Part shown: piece by piece, positions 59,538-64,000 of the stretch
Numbering within the stretch: the stretch's first letter is position 1
Layout of the letters: the number at the start of each line of letters is the position of its first letter
Assembly (NCBI GenBank): GCA_017464805.1
Contig: JAFTYE010000016.1
Location: forward strand, 180,167 to 244,166
Length of the DNA stretch: 64,000 nt
Reading direction: 5' to 3'
DNA from: Clostridia bacterium
GTDB taxonomy: Bacteria; Bacillota; Clostridia; Oscillospirales; CAG-272
Notes under the pieces: model-generated
The model's input: only the letters and a program-made list of their open reading frames with translations
What the model was told of the DNA's origin: nothing
Database searches by the model: none
Position numbers and translations under genes: made by a program

Positions 59538-60935
59538 ATGGAAGAAAAATCCAAGGGTCAGAATCTTTCCGAGCAGCTGACATACAAGAAAACAAATGTG
59601 TATGAGAAGGCAGACGAAGCCCGCATTGAGCAGATCTATCGGTATGCCGAGGGCTACAAGTCCTTCCTTGATGCCGCCAAGACCGAGCGTGAGGCCGTTT
59701 ACCGCGCCATTGTCATGGCAGAGGCAGCGGGTTATACCGCCTATGAGATGGGCGAGGAGCTTCATCCCGGTGATCTCCGCTACTACAACAACCGCAACAA
59801 AAATCTCTTTATCTTCCGCATGGGAGAAGAGGACCTTGAAAAAGAGGGCATTCGGATTCTGGCGGCGCACATCGACTCTCCCCGTCTGGATCTGAAACAA
59901 AACCCGCTTTACGAAGATAGCGGTATGGGCTTCCTCAAAACGCACTATTACGGTGGTATCAAGAAATATCAATGGACCGCCATTCCGCTTGCCCTGCACG
60001 GCGTAGTCGCAAAAGCGGACGGCACGACGGTGGACGTGGTGGTGGGCGAGGATGAGTCCGATCCCGTCTTCTACGTCAACGATCTTCTGCCGCACCTTGC
60101 TCAGGATCAGATGGCTCGCACGATGGCAACCGCCATTCCGGGTGAGTCGCTGAATATCCTTGTCGGTGGCCTTCCGTTTGCGGACGAGAAGGTCGAGAAG
60201 AAGATCAAGCTGAACATTCTCAACATTCTTAACGAAAAGTATGGCATCACGGAAGAGGACTTCATCAGCGCGGAGATCTCCGCCGTGCCCGCCTTCCGTG
60301 CGCGCGACATTGGCTTTGACCGTGCCATGATTGGCGCATACGGCCACGACGACCGCGTATGCTCCTATCCAGCCATTACCGCAATTTTGGAAACCCCTTC
60401 ACGCCACACCGTTATGGCCATTCTCGCGGACAAAGAAGAGATCGGCAGCATGGGCGTTACTGGTATGCAAAACTGTCTGCTCAAGGATATGATCGACCTT
60501 GTTGCTACTGCTCGCGGTGCCAATCCCGCTATTGTGCGCGCGCGCTCCATCTGTCTATCAGCAGACGTGAACGCCGCCTATGATCCCAACTTCTCCGAGG
60601 CTTACGAGCGTCGTAACAGTGCGATGATCTCGTGTGGTACCACCATGTCCAAATTCACAGGCTCGCGCGGAAAAAGCGGGACGAGTGACGCCAGTGCAGA
60701 ATTTGTCGGCCGTGTGCGCTGTATGTTTGCTGAAAATGGTGTGATCTGGCAGACCTCCGAGCTTGGTAAGGTTGATGTTGGCGGCGGCGGTACGGTCGCT
60801 CAATATCTGGCGAACATGAATATTGACACCGTCGATCTCGGCGTTCCCGTTATTTCCATGCATGCACCGTACGAGGTGGTTTCCAAGGCAGATCTATACA
60901 CCACACACGAGGCCTTCTGCGCCTTTATCAAATAA
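59538..60935 (+). CDS. M18-family aminopeptidase
   Basis: AAHIDSPRLDLK, YGHDDR and ISMHAPYE motifs. AAGGAGA SD lies 5 nt before the ATG at 59538, though 59523 is also possible. Confidence 0.88.
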   Translation: MEEKSKGQNLSEQLTYKKTNVYEKADEARIEQIYRYAEGYKSFLDAAKTEREAVYRAIVMAEAAGYTAYEMGEELHPGDLRYYNNRNKNLFIFRMGEEDLEKEGIRILAAHIDSPRLDLKQNPLYEDSGMGFLKTHYYGGIKKYQWTAIPLALHGVVAKADGTTVDVVVGEDESDPVFYVNDLLPHLAQDQMARTMATAIPGESLNILVGGLPFADEKVEKKIKLNILNILNEKYGITEEDFISAEISAVPAFRARDIGFDRAMIGAYGHDDRVCSYPAITAILETPSRHTVMAILADKEEIGSMGVTGMQNCLLKDMIDLVATARGANPAIVRARSICLSADVNAAYDPNFSEAYERRNSAMISCGTTMSKFTGSRGKSGTSDASAEFVGRVRCMFAENGVIWQTSELGKVDVGGGGTVAQYLANMNIDTVDLGVPVISMHAPYEVVSKADLYTTHEAFCAFIK

Positions 60936-60936
60936 G

Positions 60937-62016
60937 ATGTTCCGCAAGCTACAACAGATCGCCATTCGATTCGAAGAGATCGAGCGTAATCTGACCACCC
61001 CCGACATTCTTTCCTCGCCGCAGCTGATGCGCGATTTGATGAAAGAGCGCAAAAATCTGGAGCCTGTTGCCCTCGCTTATGCAACCTACTGTCGGCTTGA
61101 AAAAGAGCTTTCGGATGCCTTATCCATACTGGGTGAGGCGGGCCTTGACATCTCCTTGCGCGAGCTTGCAACCTCGGAATGTGAGAATATTCGGCGGCAG
61201 ATGCAGGACATGGAGCAAGAGCTTCGCCGACTCCTAATTCCGCGTGACGAAAACGATGACAAAAATGTCGTGGTTGAAATTCGAGCGGGAGCAGGTGGAG
61301 AAGAGGCGGCCCTGTTCGCCTACGATCTTTTTCGTATGTATAGCATGTACGCAACTGCGAACGGTTGGAAGATCGAACCGATGAGCTCCAATCCGACCGA
61401 GCTGGGGGGCTTTCGTGAGGTGTCCTTTCTTGTGGTCGGCGAGGGAGCTTACGCACGCATGAAATACGAAAGCGGTGTCCACCGCGTTCAACGCGTTCCG
61501 AAGACCGAGTCACAGGGACGCATCCAGACCTCCACCGTCACGGTTGCGGTACTGCCAGAGGCAGAGGAGGTCGAGGTGACGATCAACCCGTCCGATATCG
61601 AGATAGAAACGCTCAAAAGCAGCGGCGCAGGCGGTCAGCACATCAATAAGACCGAATCGGCCGTACGTATCTATCATAAACCCTCAGGAATTGTGGTCTT
61701 TTGTCAGGAAGAGAGAAGTCAATTTAAGAACCGCGACAAAGCCATGAGAATGCTTCGCGCCAAGCTCTATGAGGCCGAGCAGCAGAAGCAAAACGACGTC
61801 GTCACGAGCACGAGAAAAAGTCAGGTGGGTACGGGGGATCGCAGTGAAAAGATACGCACCTACAATTATCCCCAAAGTCGTATCACAGATCACCGCATCG
61901 GGCTGACCGTATTTCGACTTGAAAGCTTCATGAACGGAGATATCAACGAAATTCTCGATGCCCTGATCACGGCGGATACCACCGAAAAGATGAAAGCCAG
62001 AGAAGATGAAAACTGA
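60937..62016 (+). CDS. prfA: peptide chain release factor 1
   Basis: GGQHINKTESAVRI (GGQ) and the P-x-T tripeptide region QRVPKTESQGRIQTS. The canonical N-terminus MFRKLQQIAIRFEEIE begins at 60937. The track extension overlaps the aminopeptidase. Confidence 0.93.
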   Translation: MFRKLQQIAIRFEEIERNLTTPDILSSPQLMRDLMKERKNLEPVALAYATYCRLEKELSDALSILGEAGLDISLRELATSECENIRRQMQDMEQELRRLLIPRDENDDKNVVVEIRAGAGGEEAALFAYDLFRMYSMYATANGWKIEPMSSNPTELGGFREVSFLVVGEGAYARMKYESGVHRVQRVPKTESQGRIQTSTVTVAVLPEAEEVEVTINPSDIEIETLKSSGAGGQHINKTESAVRIYHKPSGIVVFCQEERSQFKNRDKAMRMLRAKLYEAEQQKQNDVVTSTRKSQVGTGDRSEKIRTYNYPQSRITDHRIGLTVFRLESFMNGDINEILDALITADTTEKMKAREDEN

Positions 62017-63055
62017 AATCTATGAAATCCGCTGTGTGGATAGTGAGGCGGCACAAAACGCACTTGCACGTGCCGGTGATATCCTTCGCCGCGGCGGCCT
62101 TGTGGTGTTTCCAACGGAAACCGTTTACGGCCTCGGTGCCGACGCAACAGATGCTACCGCCGCCTCCCGTATCTATACCGCGAAGGGGCGACCGTCGGAC
62201 AACCCCCTTATCGTTCATGTCGAAGCTCCCGAAGACGCACAGAAATATGCCGTCACAAATGAGGTCTATGACCGTCTTGCTACAGCCTTTATGCCGGGGC
62301 CTTTGACGGTTATCATGCCCGTAAAACCCACCATACCGTCCACGGTGACGGCAGGTCTTTCTACGGTTGCCGTTCGTTGTCCATCGCACCCTGTTGCGCG
62401 TGCGCTCTTGTGTGCCGCGGGTGTACCGATCGCCGCGCCGTCAGCCAATCTCTCCGGTAGTCCATCACCTACATGCGCGCGCCACGTTGCGGAGGATATG
62501 ATGGGACGAGTAGACATGATCCTTGACGGGGGTGACTCCGAGATCGGGCTGGAATCCACCATCGTGAAGATCGAGGAAGACGGCTCTTTAACGCTTTTGC
62601 GGCCGGGTGCCGTCACACCAAGCATGCTCATGGAGATCGTGCCGGAGCTACATATTGCCGATGCCGTTTTGGCGGCACTGCCCGAGGGACAAACGGTTCT
62701 CTCACCGGGCATGAAATATCGCCACTATGCACCCAAAACCACGTTCATTCTTTTAGATGGAACAAGGGAACAAATCACCGCCTATGCAAAGAAACGGAAA
62801 GGGAAGATCGGTATTCTTTGTTACAAAGAAGATTTTGATTTTTTCTCAACGTATTTTCCGGCAGATCAATGTATCATCTGGGGAAAAAGGGAAGATACGA
62901 GGGAGCAGGCAAAACGTCTTTTCACGCTTCTTCGCGAAATGGACAAGCTCTCCTTCGACTGCATATTCGCCCCTCTGCCGCCGCGTGAGGAGATGGGCAT
63001 GGCACTTTACAATCGCATGATCCGCGCCGCCGCGCATCAAATCGTTCACCTGTAA
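62006..63055 (+). CDS. tsaC: L-threonylcarbamoyladenylate synthase, long Sua5/YwlC type
   Basis: GGLVVFPTETVYGLGADA, KGRPSDNPLIVH and SANLSGSPSPT, plus a C-terminal Sua5 domain. Confidence 0.92.
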   Translation: MKTEIYEIRCVDSEAAQNALARAGDILRRGGLVVFPTETVYGLGADATDATAASRIYTAKGRPSDNPLIVHVEAPEDAQKYAVTNEVYDRLATAFMPGPLTVIMPVKPTIPSTVTAGLSTVAVRCPSHPVARALLCAAGVPIAAPSANLSGSPSPTCARHVAEDMMGRVDMILDGGDSEIGLESTIVKIEEDGSLTLLRPGAVTPSMLMEIVPELHIADAVLAALPEGQTVLSPGMKYRHYAPKTTFILLDGTREQITAYAKKRKGKIGILCYKEDFDFFSTYFPADQCIIWGKREDTREQAKRLFTLLREMDKLSFDCIFAPLPPREEMGMALYNRMIRAAAHQIVHL

Positions 63056-63078
63056 GTTCAACAAAGGAAGGTCACAAA

Positions 63079-64000
63079 ATGCCAAGGAAAAAGAAGGCAG
63101 GAGCATCCGTTCCTGTACAATCGGCAGAGATCACCCTGCAACCGATCACCGAAACGATCGAGAAAAACTATATGCCCTACGTCATGAGCGTCATTATTTC
63201 GCGCGCTCTGCCGGACATCGACGGCTTCAAGCCCGCTCACCGTAAGCTCCTGTATACCATGTATGAAATGGGGCTGATGAACGGTCCGCGTACCAAAAGC
63301 ACCAATATCGTCGGTAAGACCATGCAGCTACACCCTCACGGCGACGCCGCGATCTATGAGACGATGGTGCGTCTGACGCGCGGCTACGAAGCTCTTTTGC
63401 ATCCCTTCGTAGATTCCAAAGGCAACTTCGGCAAACAGTACAGTAAGGATATGGCATATGCCGCTTCCCGTTATACGGAAGCACGCCTTGATGGCTTCTG
63501 CCGTGAATTATTTAGTGGAATTGACAAAGATGCCGTGGATATGGTGCCCAACTACGACAACACCAAGGAAGAACCGACCCTGTTACCCACGACCTTCCCA
63601 AACATTCTCATTTCTCCGAATATCGGTATTGCCGTCGGTATGGCCTGCTCGATCTGCTCCTTCAACCTTGCCGAGGTGTGCGACGGCACAATTGCGCTGC
63701 TTAAGAATCCCAAGCTGACGACCGAAAAGCTACTGGATATCATCAAGGCTCCCGATTTTCCGGGCGGCGGTCTTCTCGTTTATGACCGCGAGCAGATGCG
63801 TCGTGTATATGAGACCGGCATCGGTCCTATCCGTGTGCGCGCCCGCTATCAGTATAACGCTTCCGAGAACTGTATTGATATTCTCCAAATCCCGTACAGC
63901 ACGACCATCGAGGATATCATGGAAAAGATCGCCGAGCTGATCAAAAGCGGCCGCATCAAGGAAATCTCCGACGTTCGTGATGCCATTGACCTTAACGGCT
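63079..64000 (+). CDS. type IIA DNA topoisomerase subunit A (GyrA/ParC paralog), 5' portion, runs off the right edge
   Basis: Not in the ORF track because there is no stop in the window. My own translation gives MPRKKKAGASV...YMPYVMSVIISRALPDIDGFKPAHRKLLYTMYEMG...HPHGDAAIYETMVRL...AASRYTEARL, which includes the catalytic Tyr context. AAGGAAGG SD. Confidence 0.85.
   Translation, partial: MPRKKKAGASVPVQSAEITLQPITETIEKNYMPYVMSVIISRALPDIDGFKPAHRKLLYTMYEMGLMNGPRTKSTNIVGKTMQLHPHGDAAIYETMVRLTRGYEALLHPFVDSKGNFGKQYSKDMAYAASRYTEARLDGFCRELFSGIDKDAVDMVPNYDNTKEEPTLLPTTFPNILISPNIGIAVGMACSICSFNLAEVCDGTIALLKNPKLTTEKLLDIIKAPDFPGGGLLVYDREQMRRVYETGIGPIRVRARYQYNASENCIDILQIPYSTTIEDIMEKIAELIKSGRIKEISDVRDAIDLNG

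Noticed and set aside
60937-62016. A programmed +1 frameshift like that of prfB.
   Set aside because: The gene is RF1 (P-x-T type, GGQ present) and is a single uninterrupted frame with a canonical N-terminus.

Overview
The window reads as ordinary chromosome from a Firmicutes (class Clostridia-like) bacterium. I saw no transposase, integrase, phage gene, CRISPR array or rRNA. About 58 CDS are supportable, plus two tRNAs (Arg-TCT, His-GTG), one preQ1-I-type riboswitch, many near-consensus sigma-A promoters and many clean Rho-independent terminators. Left to right the content is: a stand-alone ACP; an unknown/NfeD/SPFH operon; a tRNA pair; a Fe-ADH/DegV/ALDH operon; a glycogen operon (glgB-C-D-A-P plus a GH13 enzyme); an E2-like acyltransferase; a PHP/discoidin protein; an AraC regulator with an ADP-ribosylglycohydrolase fusion; clpX-clpP-tig; housekeeping genes (dipeptidase, yraN, rnhB, rbgA, lepB, rplS, HIT); an FkbM methyltransferase, small ORF and U32 protein followed by uppP; tmcAL/ackA; a P-loop ATPase; an orphan histidine kinase; riboswitch-queT; an aldo/keto reductase; a roughly 14-kb glycan and amino-sugar locus (PIG-L deacetylase, NagB-like, creatininase-like, acyltransferase-like, AraC, Gfo/Idh/MocA, TIM-barrel, GH20, GH38, GH95); and coaE, an M18 aminopeptidase, prfA, tsaC/sua5 and a truncated type IIA topoisomerase A subunit. 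I found no clear-cut new system such as a defence island. The candidates most worth follow-up are: (i) the transporter-less, kinase-less amide-hydrolase/amino-sugar cluster joined to an oxidoreductase + TIM-barrel pair and cytoplasmic GH20/GH38/GH95; (ii) the FkbM-orf120-U32 coupled operon, a possible RNA hydroxylation/methylation module; (iii) the dual-operator-controlled ADH-DegV-ALDH operon; and (iv) a polybasic E2/CAT-fold protein whose catalytic His is replaced. All functional calls come from motif recognition by eye. No database search was run.
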